Assembly: GCA_039795265.1 (NCBI GenBank) | Contig: JBDKEM010000016.1 | Location: 53,106-117,105 of the forward strand | DNA length: 64,000 bases | Source: Bacteroidota bacterium | Lineage (GTDB): Bacteria; Bacteroidota; Bacteroidia; Flavobacteriales_D; Crocinitomicaceae | Direction of reading: 5' to 3' | Shown here: piece by piece, positions 27,662 through 37,299 of the stretch | How the letters are laid out: every line of letters starts with the position of its first letter | How positions within the stretch are numbered: position 1 is the first letter of the stretch | The notes under the pieces: model-generated | What the model was told of the DNA's origin: nothing | The model's input: only the letters and a program-made list of their open reading frames with translations | Database searches by the model: none | Made by a program: the position numbers and the translations under genes

Positions 27662-30600
27662 ATGACTAACCAACCTAAAAAGCCAACTAATAGACGTTTC
27701 AATAAGAAATTTTGGATTCGACTTGGCTTAGCCGTGATATTAATTCCTGTTTTGTTGATTACTACTGTAACGGGAGTAGTTTATTATAAACAAGAGGAAA
27801 TTGTTCAAGAGATATTGGTGAACATCAATAAAGATTTTGAGGGCAGTATTGAATTGAAAGGTAGTCATGTCAGTCCTTTCGCTACATTTCCGTATATTTC
27901 AATCGATCTTGAAGACCTACATATTTATGAAGGTAAAAAGAAGGTGAAGAAAGATGAGATTCTTCGTTTAAAAGACTGTTTTATCGGATTCAATATTTGG
28001 AATATTTTAAAAGGAGATTACACCATTAAATCCATAAAGCTTTCTAATGGAAAAATAAAGTTGGTCCAACATCGCGATGGTACATTTAACCTTGTCAATG
28101 CGCTAAAAAGTAAAAAGCCTGCTAAGGAGGTGAAGGGTGATTTTAAAATTGATTTGAAAGCAATTAGTGTTAAAAACGTCGATTTTTCCAAATTAAACGA
28201 AGCGAATAATTTAAAAGTAGATGCATTTATAGAACATGCCAAAACAAAAGTAAAAAGTAGCAACGAACTGTTTTATTTGGATTTAGATACAAAATTCAAG
28301 TTATCTGTGATTCAAAATGGTGACACAACTTTTGTGAAAAACAAACACTTTGAGGTCGATACTGAATTAGAAATGAGTGAAACAAAGAAAACTCTCACTA
28401 TTCAACCCACTGAAGTGATTTTTGAAAATTCAAGTTTTGGTTTCAGTGGCGTGGTCGGTTTAACTAAAGATGCTGAATTGGATTTAAAATTCAATGGAGA
28501 AAAACCAAATTTTGATTTGATTATTGCAATTGCGCCCGAGGAAATGGCTGAAACTTTTCGTCAGTTTGAAAATGAGGGAAAGGTTTACTTCAATGCAACT
28601 GTCAAAGGAAAATCTGGTAATGGAAATAAGCCGGCAATAAACGCAAATTTTGGGTGTGAAAACGGCTACTTCAATAACTTAGAAACTAAAAAATCATTAA
28701 ATAAAATAGGTTTTAGCGGATCCTTTACCAATGGCTCGAAAAGAGACTTAAGTACCATGGAATTGAAAATAAATAAGTTCTCTGCTCGACCTGAAGCAGG
28801 AAAATTCTCAGGTAAAATTGCAGTGAAAAACTTTGAATCACCCGACATCGATATCCGATTGGTTTCTGACTTTGATTTAGATTTTCTTGCCAAATTCGTT
28901 AATGCTAAAGAACTCAAAGGTCTTGAAGGAAAGGTGAAATTAACCATGAATTTTCATGATATTATCGACCTACAGCAACCGGAAAAAGCGATTGAAAAAT
29001 TAAATGAATCGTATTTCACAGAGCTGTTAATCGAAAACCTAAAATTCAACAGTCCTGATTTGCCTGCACCAATAAACGAGGTGGACATGAAAGCGTCTCT
29101 GATTGGTCACAAAGCGAAAATCGAATATTTTAATGCAAAAATTGGTCATTCTGATTTTCATGTTAAAGGAATGGTTAGTGATTTACCAGCAATAATTCAC
29201 CACACAGATATACCAGTAACGTGTGATTTAGCCATACGTTCCGATAAGATTGACATCAAAGAATTAACGAAAACCAAAACGGAAGATGGAATTGATGAAC
29301 GTATCGATAAATTCAGCTTAAATCTTAAGTTTACGAGCTCAGCAAAGAAGATTTTGGAGTCCAAGTATTTACCCGAGGGAGAATTTTTTGTCAAGAATTT
29401 TTACGCTAAATTCAAACACTATCCACATACTTTACATGATTTTAATGCAGATGTGTTAATTGGTGAAAAGGATTTTAGGGTTATCGACTTTAGAGGTATT
29501 TTAGACGATTCGGATTTTCATTTCAACGGCTATCTTCGCAACTATAATTTATGGTTTGAAGATGGCGTAAATGGCGACACATTTGTAGAGTTTGACGTGG
29601 ATTCTAAGAAAATCAAACTTGAGAATTTGTTTACTTATGGTGGTGAAAATTACGTCCCTGAAGATTATCGACATGAAGAAATCGACAACCTACAATTTCA
29701 TGGTAAAACCTATATTCATCTCGCTGCTGGAAAATTTAATTCTATCGATTTTGATCTTTCCAACTTCTCAGGTAAAATGAAAGTTCATCCATTAAAATTT
29801 GAAAACTTCAGAGCTCACCTATTTTTAAATGATGATTATCTGGATGTCAAAGGATTTAAAGGGAAAATGGGGCATTCTGATTTCGATATAGATTTACATT
29901 ACAACTTCTCTGAAAAACAAAATAAAGCTAAAAATAACCTTTACATTCAATCCAATCGACTTGACATTGATGAATTGACCAATTACAATCCACCTCCAGT
30001 TAATAATTCGAAAGTTGCAACTGTGAACCATGACAAAGGTTTTAGCTTGTATGATTTACCTTTTAGCGATATGGATTTTGTTATAAATGTGACAAATTTA
30101 AACTATCACAAACATGCACTCATCAACTTCAAATCGAAATTCCATACGACCAAAGATCATGTATTGCATATAGATAAAATGGATTTTAACACTGCCGATG
30201 GAAATCTAAAAATGAAAGGTTATTTAAGCGGAAAAGATAAAAAACACATTTATTTTAGCCCAACTATTACTGCAACACATGTTCAATTAGATAAGCTAAT
30301 GTTGAAGTTTGACAATTTCGGTCAGGATCATTTAGTATCGGAAAATCTTCACGGTTATTTTAATGGAAAAATAACAGGAAAAATCCATTTACATACTGAT
30401 TTAGTTCCGAAATTAGATGATTCTAAGATTGTTATTGACATGCTTGTAACTGAAGGTAAACTTGAAAACTTTGCTCCTTTGAAAGCTCTAGAGGCTTATT
30501 TTGAAGACAAAAATGTAAGCAAAGTAAAGTTCGATACCTTAAAAAATCAAATCACTTTTGACAAAGGAACAATTATCATCCCCAAAATGACCATTAATTC

Positions 30601-30856
30601 GAGTTTAGGATTTATGGAATTAAGCGGTAATCAAAAAATGAATGAAACAATGGATATGGATTACGAAATTGGTGTTCCTTGGAAAATGATTGGAAATGTT
30701 GCTGCTAACAAACTTTTTAAACGCAATAAAAAATCGACGGATGAAAACGAGGACGAAATTCAATACCGACAAGAAAAATCAAAATTTGTTTACGTGACTG
30801 TAAAAGGTGGAATTGATGATTTTAAAGTAAATGTAGGTCGAAGGAAAAAGAGCTAG
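27662..30856 (+). CDS. Large N-terminally anchored envelope protein, AsmA-family-like
   Basis: 1064 aa. A basic N-terminus followed by a single TM (FWIRLGLAVILIPVLLITTVTGVVYY), then a long beta-rich region of K/N/D/F composition as in AsmA/TamB-like proteins. The family call is tentative. Confidence 0.5.
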   Translation: MTNQPKKPTNRRFNKKFWIRLGLAVILIPVLLITTVTGVVYYKQEEIVQEILVNINKDFEGSIELKGSHVSPFATFPYISIDLEDLHIYEGKKKVKKDEILRLKDCFIGFNIWNILKGDYTIKSIKLSNGKIKLVQHRDGTFNLVNALKSKKPAKEVKGDFKIDLKAISVKNVDFSKLNEANNLKVDAFIEHAKTKVKSSNELFYLDLDTKFKLSVIQNGDTTFVKNKHFEVDTELEMSETKKTLTIQPTEVIFENSSFGFSGVVGLTKDAELDLKFNGEKPNFDLIIAIAPEEMAETFRQFENEGKVYFNATVKGKSGNGNKPAINANFGCENGYFNNLETKKSLNKIGFSGSFTNGSKRDLSTMELKINKFSARPEAGKFSGKIAVKNFESPDIDIRLVSDFDLDFLAKFVNAKELKGLEGKVKLTMNFHDIIDLQQPEKAIEKLNESYFTELLIENLKFNSPDLPAPINEVDMKASLIGHKAKIEYFNAKIGHSDFHVKGMVSDLPAIIHHTDIPVTCDLAIRSDKIDIKELTKTKTEDGIDERIDKFSLNLKFTSSAKKILESKYLPEGEFFVKNFYAKFKHYPHTLHDFNADVLIGEKDFRVIDFRGILDDSDFHFNGYLRNYNLWFEDGVNGDTFVEFDVDSKKIKLENLFTYGGENYVPEDYRHEEIDNLQFHGKTYIHLAAGKFNSIDFDLSNFSGKMKVHPLKFENFRAHLFLNDDYLDVKGFKGKMGHSDFDIDLHYNFSEKQNKAKNNLYIQSNRLDIDELTNYNPPPVNNSKVATVNHDKGFSLYDLPFSDMDFVINVTNLNYHKHALINFKSKFHTTKDHVLHIDKMDFNTADGNLKMKGYLSGKDKKHIYFSPTITATHVQLDKLMLKFDNFGQDHLVSENLHGYFNGKITGKIHLHTDLVPKLDDSKIVIDMLVTEGKLENFAPLKALEAYFEDKNVSKVKFDTLKNQITFDKGTIIIPKMTINSSLGFMELSGNQKMNETMDMDYEIGVPWKMIGNVAANKLFKRNKKSTDENEDEIQYRQEKSKFVYVTVKGGIDDFKVNVGRRKKS

Positions 30857-31019
30857 TCATTTGTAGGAATTCGAATTCAGATTTTAAAAAGTGTCATTTT
30901 TTCAGCCAAATTGACAGCGTTTAAAGTTTAAATCAATCAAAATGTCACTTTTTTAATTGTATTTTTCAATGGCATATAAATTGAAAATTCGGAATTCAAC
31001 AAATTGAAAATTTATAATC

Positions 31020-32924
31020 ATGGGAAAAATAATTGGAATTGACCTTGGAACAACAAACTCTTGTGTTTCAGTCATGGAAGGAAACCAACCGGTTGTCATT
31101 GAAAATGCTGAAGGAAAAAGAACAACACCATCTGTTGTTGCTTTCGTTGACGGTGGAGAGCGCAAGGTCGGTGATCCTGCAAAGCGTCAGGCAATCACCA
31201 ATCCGAAAAAGACAATATACTCTATCAAACGCTTCATGGGAACTTCATTCGATGAATCTAAAAAAGAAATTGATCGCGTTCCTTACGAAGTGGTTAAAGG
31301 TGATAACAACACACCGCGCGTTTTGATTGATGATCGTAAATATTCTCCGCAAGAAATTTCTGCAATGATTTTGCAAAAAATGAAAAAGACAGCGGAGGAT
31401 TATTTAGGACACGATGTTACAGAAGCAGTTGTTACTGTGCCAGCTTACTTCAACGATGCACAACGTCAAGCAACGAAAGAAGCTGGAGAAATTGCAGGTT
31501 TGACAATCAAAAGAATCATCAACGAACCAACAGCCGCGGCTTTGGCTTACGGCTTGGATAAAAAAGGAATTGATCAAAAAATCGTAGTTTTCGACTTTGG
31601 TGGAGGTACACACGATGTTTCTATTCTAGAATTAGGAGATGGTGTTTTTGAAGTTTTAGCAACAGACGGAGACACACATTTAGGGGGTGACGATGTCGAT
31701 ACGGCCATCATTGATTGGTTAGCTGAAGAATTTAAAGCTGAGGAAGGATTAGATTTACGACAAGATCCAATGGCATTACAACGTTTAAAAGAAGCAGCCG
31801 AGAAAGCAAAAATCGAATTGTCTTCAACTACTTCTACGGAAATTAACTTGCCGTACATCATGCCAGTGAATGGAATTCCTAAACACTTGGTGCGCACTTT
31901 ACAACGTTCAAAATTTGAACAATTGATTTCAAGTATCGTGGAAAGAACAATTGCTCCTTGCCGTTCAGCTTTGAAGAATGCTGGTTTACAAGCGAGCGAT
32001 ATCGACGAGGTGATTTTAGTTGGAGGTTCAACGCGTATTCCTGTCATCCAAGATGCTGTTCAACGATTCTTTGGAAAAGCGCCGTCAAAAGGGGTGAATC
32101 CTGACGAAGTTGTTGCGGTTGGTGCTGCAATTCAAGGAGGTGTATTAACAGGAGAGGTGAAGGACGTATTGTTACTTGACGTTATTCCACTTTCATTAGG
32201 AATCGAGACGATGGGTGGTGTAATGACTAAATTAATTGAGGCGAACACTACTATTCCAACGAAAAAATCGGAGACGTTCTCAACAGCATCTGACAACCAA
32301 CCATCTGTGGATATCCATGTGTTGCAAGGGGAACGCCCAATGGCAAATGACAATAAAACCTTAGGTCGTTTCCAATTAACTGACATTCCACCAGCGCCGA
32401 GAGGAGTTCCTCAAATCGAAGTAACTTTCGATATCGATGCAAACGGAATCATGAACATTTCTGCAAAGGATAAAGGAACTGGAAAACAGCAGTCTATCAA
32501 AATTGAAGCGTCTTCTGGTCTTTCTGACGAGGAAATCCAACGCATGAAAGCGGAGGCAGAAGCAAATGCAGAAGCTGATAAGAAAAAACGCGAGGAAGTG
32601 GAATTGTTGAACAAGGCAGATTCTACGATTTTCCAAACTGAACGTCAATTGAAAGAGTATGGTGATAAAATTCCAGCTGATAAAAAGCAACAAATCGAAG
32701 ACGCTTTAGCAGAATTGAAAACACAATACGAAGCGAAAAACACCGCTAATCTAGAAGCTGCAATGGAAAAGTTAAATAATGTTTTCCAAGCTGCATCCCA
32801 AGATATGTACAACGCAGCAAACGCGCAAGGTGGAACTGATGCAGGTGCAAATGCTGGTGGAGGAAATGCAAATGCGAACGACGAAGTTACGGACGTAGAT
32901 TTTGAAGAGGTAAAAGACAAATAA
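31020..32924 (+). CDS. dnaK: Molecular chaperone DnaK (Hsp70)
   Basis: [19 protein letters not shown]-like ([10 protein letters not shown]) and [11 protein letters not shown] motifs. 634 aa. Confidence 0.97.
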   Translation: MGKIIGIDLGTTNSCVSVMEGNQPVVIENAEGKRTTPSVVAFVDGGERKVGDPAKRQAITNPKKTIYSIKRFMGTSFDESKKEIDRVPYEVVKGDNNTPRVLIDDRKYSPQEISAMILQKMKKTAEDYLGHDVTEAVVTVPAYFNDAQRQATKEAGEIAGLTIKRIINEPTAAALAYGLDKKGIDQKIVVFDFGGGTHDVSILELGDGVFEVLATDGDTHLGGDDVDTAIIDWLAEEFKAEEGLDLRQDPMALQRLKEAAEKAKIELSSTTSTEINLPYIMPVNGIPKHLVRTLQRSKFEQLISSIVERTIAPCRSALKNAGLQASDIDEVILVGGSTRIPVIQDAVQRFFGKAPSKGVNPDEVVAVGAAIQGGVLTGEVKDVLLLDVIPLSLGIETMGGVMTKLIEANTTIPTKKSETFSTASDNQPSVDIHVLQGERPMANDNKTLGRFQLTDIPPAPRGVPQIEVTFDIDANGIMNISAKDKGTGKQQSIKIEASSGLSDEEIQRMKAEAEANAEADKKKREEVELLNKADSTIFQTERQLKEYGDKIPADKKQQIEDALAELKTQYEAKNTANLEAAMEKLNNVFQAASQDMYNAANAQGGTDAGANAGGGNANANDEVTDVDFEEVKDK

Positions 32925-32946
32925 GACCAAATCAATCATAAATTGG

Positions 32947-32977
32947 AAAAGCTGTCTGAAAAGGCAGCTTTTTTTTT
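32947..32977 (+). terminator. Rho-independent terminator of dnaK
   Basis: AAAAGCTG-10 nt loop-CAGCTTTT followed by a continued T-run, 9 T in total. Confidence 0.6.
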
Positions 32978-33011
32978 GGTTTTATCTCAAAACCCAAGGA
33001 AATATTGAAAC

Positions 33012-33740
33012 TCATTTCGGTTTTTTACAGCAGTCCAAACTTGGCTGAACGTGCTGATTTACCACTTCTGAAGTTACTTTTGGGCTGACATAAGGAATTC
33101 CCAAGTTCATTCCACGGAGTATGGTGAGTAAGGCCACAATTGAAACCAAATAGGGTAGAAATCGGTTCAAACGACTTTGGTGTTTTTGATTGAATTGTTG
33201 CAAATAATAGCTAAAAACCAGCATCACTGGTAAAGTTCCCACACCGTAAATTGTCATTGAAAGTGCGGATTGCCACCAAATTTCAGAAGTAACTGCATTC
33301 AAAAGTGCCAAATAAACCATACTACAAGGCAACAAACCGTTTATACTTCCAAATAAAAAGCTATTCACATAAGAGGGTTCTTTGCTGATTTTTCCAAATG
33401 TGCGCATCACTATACTGCTAAAGCGACTTTCCAAGTTTTTGACGATTCCGAAATCGGGATTTAAGTATTTATACCAAACCATAATTAACATCAAACTTCC
33501 AGTGAGGATACTAATTAATTGTATGGAAATCATGTAGTTCAAACTGATTCCAACAAAACCTAAAATCAAACCGAGTAGGGTATAGGTGCCTATTCTGCCA
33601 AGATTATAAACAAAAGTTCCTATGAAAATATTTCGCTTCGTGTTGCGTTTGACAGGTAAAATCAACGCCAAAGGACCACACATTCCAATGCAGTGAAGAT
33701 TGGCAGCAATTCCCAAAAGAAACGCTGTAAGAAAAACCAT
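33012..33740 (-). CDS. DsbD_2 / TauE-SafE-like membrane protein, the last gene of the cbb3 maturation cluster
   Basis: 242 aa polytopic protein with the N-terminal motif NLHCIGMCGP, typical of this family. Its start shares nt 33740 with the ccoH stop. Confidence 0.65.
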   Translation of the reverse strand: MVFLTAFLLGIAANLHCIGMCGPLALILPVKRNTKRNIFIGTFVYNLGRIGTYTLLGLILGFVGISLNYMISIQLISILTGSLMLIMVWYKYLNPDFGIVKNLESRFSSIVMRTFGKISKEPSYVNSFLFGSINGLLPCSMVYLALLNAVTSEIWWQSALSMTIYGVGTLPVMLVFSYYLQQFNQKHQSRLNRFLPYLVSIVALLTILRGMNLGIPYVSPKVTSEVVNQHVQPSLDCCKKPK

Positions 33741-34162
33741 TATTGAATGCGGATAGTCGTGTCTTGTTGTGCTTTTTCGCCTGCGATAATGTAGGTTGAA
33801 CGCACATTATACACGCCTTTTTTCAACATTTTTAGCGGAATTTGATACGGCATTTCATCGATTTCAAAGGTTACATCGTTTGATGCCGAATTTGGTCGAA
33901 AGAAATACAATTTCAAACTATCGTAAGAAGGTTTCGCAGTGAAATTTACTGCAATCGCATCTTTTCCAACGTTCAATTGAACAGGACGACCGTATTTTTT
34001 TGCAATATCCTTTGACTCCATTTCAGACTGATAATTTTGATCTTGTTCATAGTAATTATCAGCAATTAATTCCTGACTTTTTGAACTTATCACAACGACT
34101 AAATATACGATGAAGCCGATGAATAAAGACATGCCGATTATAATTCCGTTTCTAAACCACAT
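33740..34162 (-). CDS. ccoH: FixH/CcoH-family protein
   Basis: 140 aa with an N-terminal TM followed by a beta-rich periplasmic domain. It sits directly after ccoG, as in other cbb3 clusters. Confidence 0.65.
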   Translation of the reverse strand: MWFRNGIIIGMSLFIGFIVYLVVVISSKSQELIADNYYEQDQNYQSEMESKDIAKKYGRPVQLNVGKDAIAVNFTAKPSYDSLKLYFFRPNSASNDVTFEIDEMPYQIPLKMLKKGVYNVRSTYIIAGEKAQQDTTIRIQ

Positions 34163-34167
34163 AGTTG

Positions 34168-35565
34168 TTACATTATTGGACCGATAAATTTAGTGGTAAT
34201 CGTCTGGATTTGGTGACCATTTCCGTAAACTATTATGGTAAATTTATGCAATCCGTTTTTCAATTTTCCGTTTTTCATGCGCACCAAAAGAACTTCTTTG
34301 AGCGACTTTTCTTTTTTCAAAACGATGTTTTTGTTTACCGCTCTAACACTAATTTCAGGGTCTTCGCTTTTAAAAGTGATTTTAAAATCTTTGCGTGATT
34401 TGTTCAATATATTCACTTCAAAAATGTTGCTAATCAATCCTTCCTCAGTAACCTGATATGTCGTTCCGCGCTGACGGATGATGTTCGTTTCAAATTCTCT
34501 TCTTGAATACAATAAGATACCAAGTACGATAATTAATCCACCTAAAACAGCTGTGTATGCCTTAACCCGACGTGTAAATTGAAAGGGTTGACGATCTTTA
34601 ATTCCATTTTCCGAAACAAAACGAATGAGTCCTTTTTCTTGACCAACGGCGTCCATCATGTTGTCGCACGCATCGATACAAGCCGTACAATTCACACATT
34701 CCAATTGCGTTCCGTTGCGTATGTCAATTCCCGTTGGGCAAACATGCACACAGTGACCACAATCGATACAATCTCCTTTTCCAGCTTCTTTTCGGTCTTC
34801 TCCCTTGCGGATTTTTGCTCGTGATTCCCCACGAACAGTGTCATAAGCAACGACCATTGTATTTTTATCCAAAAGCACACCTTGTAAGCGACCATAAGGG
34901 CAAATCGTGGTACAAACTTGTTCTCTTAAGAAAGCGAAAACACCATAAAAAACAGAAGTGAAAATAATGATTGCGATTAATCCACCTAAATGTTCACCAA
35001 CAGGATCCGTTTGTATGTCCCAAAGTGCTTGAGAACCGATGATATAAGCCAAAAAGGTATTGGCTATTAGAAAGGAAACTCCCCAGAATAGGATGTGTTT
35101 CAAGGTGCGTTTGAAGATTTTTTCTTTGGTCCAAGGGCCATTTTTTAGTTTCTTCTGCGCTGTCCAATCGCCGTCGATGAGGTATTCAATTCTACGGAAA
35201 ACCATTTCCATGAATACCGTTTGGGGGCAAACCCAGCCACAGAACAAACGTCCGTAGATAATTGTGAAAAGAATAACGAAAACGACACCAACAATTATCA
35301 TTAAGGCGAACAAATACATGTCCTGTGGCCAGAAAACTTTGCCGAAAATTATGAACTTTCGTTCCAAAATATTGAAGAGTAAAAACTGCTCTCCATGAAT
35401 TTTAATATGAGGTGCTCCAAAAAGAAAAGCAAGGAACACATAACTTAAAATCTTACGTTTGTTATAGTATGGTCCTTTTGGTTTTTTCGGAAAAATCCAA
35501 ACTCTTCCACCTTTTTCATCTACTGTTGCAATCCTGTCTCTGAAGGATTCATCACTCGCTGCCAT
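34168..35565 (-). CDS. ccoG: Cytochrome c oxidase accessory protein CcoG (4Fe-4S ferredoxin-type membrane protein)
   Basis: CGWVCPQTVFME, CIDCGHCVHVCP and CVNCTACIDAC cluster motifs with about 5 TM helices. Confidence 0.85.
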   Translation of the reverse strand: MAASDESFRDRIATVDEKGGRVWIFPKKPKGPYYNKRKILSYVFLAFLFGAPHIKIHGEQFLLFNILERKFIIFGKVFWPQDMYLFALMIIVGVVFVILFTIIYGRLFCGWVCPQTVFMEMVFRRIEYLIDGDWTAQKKLKNGPWTKEKIFKRTLKHILFWGVSFLIANTFLAYIIGSQALWDIQTDPVGEHLGGLIAIIIFTSVFYGVFAFLREQVCTTICPYGRLQGVLLDKNTMVVAYDTVRGESRAKIRKGEDRKEAGKGDCIDCGHCVHVCPTGIDIRNGTQLECVNCTACIDACDNMMDAVGQEKGLIRFVSENGIKDRQPFQFTRRVKAYTAVLGGLIIVLGILLYSRREFETNIIRQRGTTYQVTEEGLISNIFEVNILNKSRKDFKITFKSEDPEISVRAVNKNIVLKKEKSLKEVLLVRMKNGKLKNGLHKFTIIVYGNGHQIQTITTKFIGPIM

Positions 35566-35584
35566 ACTACTTTGTTTTTGAAAA

Positions 35585-35645
35585 GAAAAATCCCATACAC
35601 ATTAAGATTCAAATAAGTTTGAATGAAAAGTTGATGGGATTTTTT
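35585..35645 (-). terminator. Long imperfect hairpin between ccoP and ccoG (intra-operon attenuator or processing element?)
   Basis: The outer stem AAAAATCCCAT (35585-35595) / ATGGGATTTTT (35633-35643) encloses a second stem, ATTCAAA-TAAG-TTTGAAT. On the minus strand it is followed by a CUUUUC-type weak U-tract. Confidence 0.4.
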
Positions 35646-35664
35646 CTTGCTGTTACTATTCCTG

Positions 35665-37080
35665 TTACTTTTCCATCATAGTACCTTGAGGTTCTTTACC
35701 TGCCGTTTCTGGCAAGGACAACACAAAAGATGCTACTTGTTGTAATTGTACAGGATTCAATTTAGATTCATGTTCAGGCATCCCGTTTGGACGACCTTTT
35801 TTAATACTGGTGAATACTTCCTTAATATCGTATCCATAAATCCATGCTTTGTCCGTCAAATTAGGACCAATATCACCTTCGCCTTTTGCTTTGTGACATG
35901 CTGTACAATTCTGGTCAAAGATAGCCTTTCCTGCAGAGATAGCAGCTTTATCTTCGAGTTGTGTAACATTGGTTTCATCCACAGTCATTGCCATCTCTTT
36001 CAGGTACTTATCACGATCTTTTTTCGCTTGAACCATCTCTTTATCATACGCTTTAATCTGTAAATCAGAGATGCCCAAAATGTGGTAATTAATAATGTAA
36101 GCAAAGGCAAAAACGATGGTTGCAACAAATCCCCAAACCCACCAAGGTGGTAAGTTGTTATCCAACTCTTGAATACCGTCATATTCATGATCCATCAAGA
36201 TTTTATATTCCTCTTCGATTGGAACTGCATCAGTAAGAATTTGGTTGATTTTAGCGATTGGTTGATTTTCGGCAGCTGCTTTCGCTAATTCTTCTGGTTT
36301 CTTCGTCATTGCAACCATTTGATTAAACAAGTGGCGCAAATAGAGTACGACAACCATTAAAATAATGTTGATTACTAATAGTCCATATAAGTCCATCGTT
36401 TCTACAAGTAACCAAGGACCGTCCTTTTCACCTTCTCCCGCTCGAACAAAATCTAAAGCCGAAGCATTGAAAGAAGTTAAGAATAAACCAGTAGTTAAAA
36501 TCACGGTTAGTACATTTCCCAAATTGGATTTCTCAGCTACCTTTTGCTTGAAATAGTCCGATTTCACAAACATGATAATTGAACCGGATAAAACAATGAT
36601 AATCACCACTAGAACAGCTGTTAAAACTAACAACCAATTGAAAATTGACAGTCGTGATTTGTAATCCTCACTTGTTGCTTTAGTTTCTGGCTGTAGGCCT
36701 CCTTTTGCATTTTTAGTAGTATCGGCCACTGCAGGAGGAGCGTAGGTGTCAACGTACGTCAAAATGGCATCAATTTGTTCGTTAGTAACATCTTGCGCAG
36801 GCATTGCTGTTGCACTGAATCCTGCTACTTCTTTTGCGCGAGCACTCTTTCCAGAAGCAATTAAAGTGGATGAGTTTTTTACCCAGTCATAAAGCATTGC
36901 TCCTTCTCCGGCGTCTTCCCATTTCTGTTTAGCGCCTTTAAGCATAGGCCCCGTTGAGTTTTTTTCAATTTGGTGGCAGGTATTACACCGAGTTTTGAAA
37001 AGTTGTTCACCTTCTTGGGCATACACAAATCCAGTTCCGAAGAAGATGATGGCTATTAAAAAATTATTGATTGTTTTCAT
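35665..37080 (-). CDS. ccoP: cbb3-type cytochrome c oxidase subunit CcoP-like (dihaem, rearranged architecture)
   Basis: Two CxxCH sites (CNTCH near the N-terminus, CTACH near the C-terminus) and the FixP_N motif HEYDGIQELDNNLPPWW. The start is chosen at MKTINNFLIAIIFFG (a signal or anchor). Confidence 0.8.
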   Translation of the reverse strand: MKTINNFLIAIIFFGTGFVYAQEGEQLFKTRCNTCHQIEKNSTGPMLKGAKQKWEDAGEGAMLYDWVKNSSTLIASGKSARAKEVAGFSATAMPAQDVTNEQIDAILTYVDTYAPPAVADTTKNAKGGLQPETKATSEDYKSRLSIFNWLLVLTAVLVVIIIVLSGSIIMFVKSDYFKQKVAEKSNLGNVLTVILTTGLFLTSFNASALDFVRAGEGEKDGPWLLVETMDLYGLLVINIILMVVVLYLRHLFNQMVAMTKKPEELAKAAAENQPIAKINQILTDAVPIEEEYKILMDHEYDGIQELDNNLPPWWVWGFVATIVFAFAYIINYHILGISDLQIKAYDKEMVQAKKDRDKYLKEMAMTVDETNVTQLEDKAAISAGKAIFDQNCTACHKAKGEGDIGPNLTDKAWIYGYDIKEVFTSIKKGRPNGMPEHESKLNPVQLQQVASFVLSLPETAGKEPQGTMMEK

Positions 37081-37102
37081 AATCCTGATTTTGTTGTTTG
37101 GG

Positions 37103-37297
37103 CTATATTTCATTGGATTGTCCTGTAACGGCATCTTGAAAAGGAATATCGCTGATTTCGCTTACTTCGTCCTTGGCCATTTTTACCACTCGATACACCA
37201 CAATGGCAAAGAAGAGTGTGAAAAGTACCAAGGTGAATATTGGATAAATCTGTACATCACTGATGCTCGTTAGGTTATGTTTGATAAAGCGTAACAT
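37103..37297 (-). CDS. ccoQ: CcoQ/FixQ-like small membrane subunit
   Basis: 64 aa with a single TM (IYPIFTLVLFTLFFAIVVY). It lies 2 nt after ccoNO. Confidence 0.6.
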   Translation of the reverse strand: MLRFIKHNLTSISDVQIYPIFTLVLFTLFFAIVVYRVVKMAKDEVSEISDIPFQDAVTGQSNEI

Positions 37298-37299
37298 AT

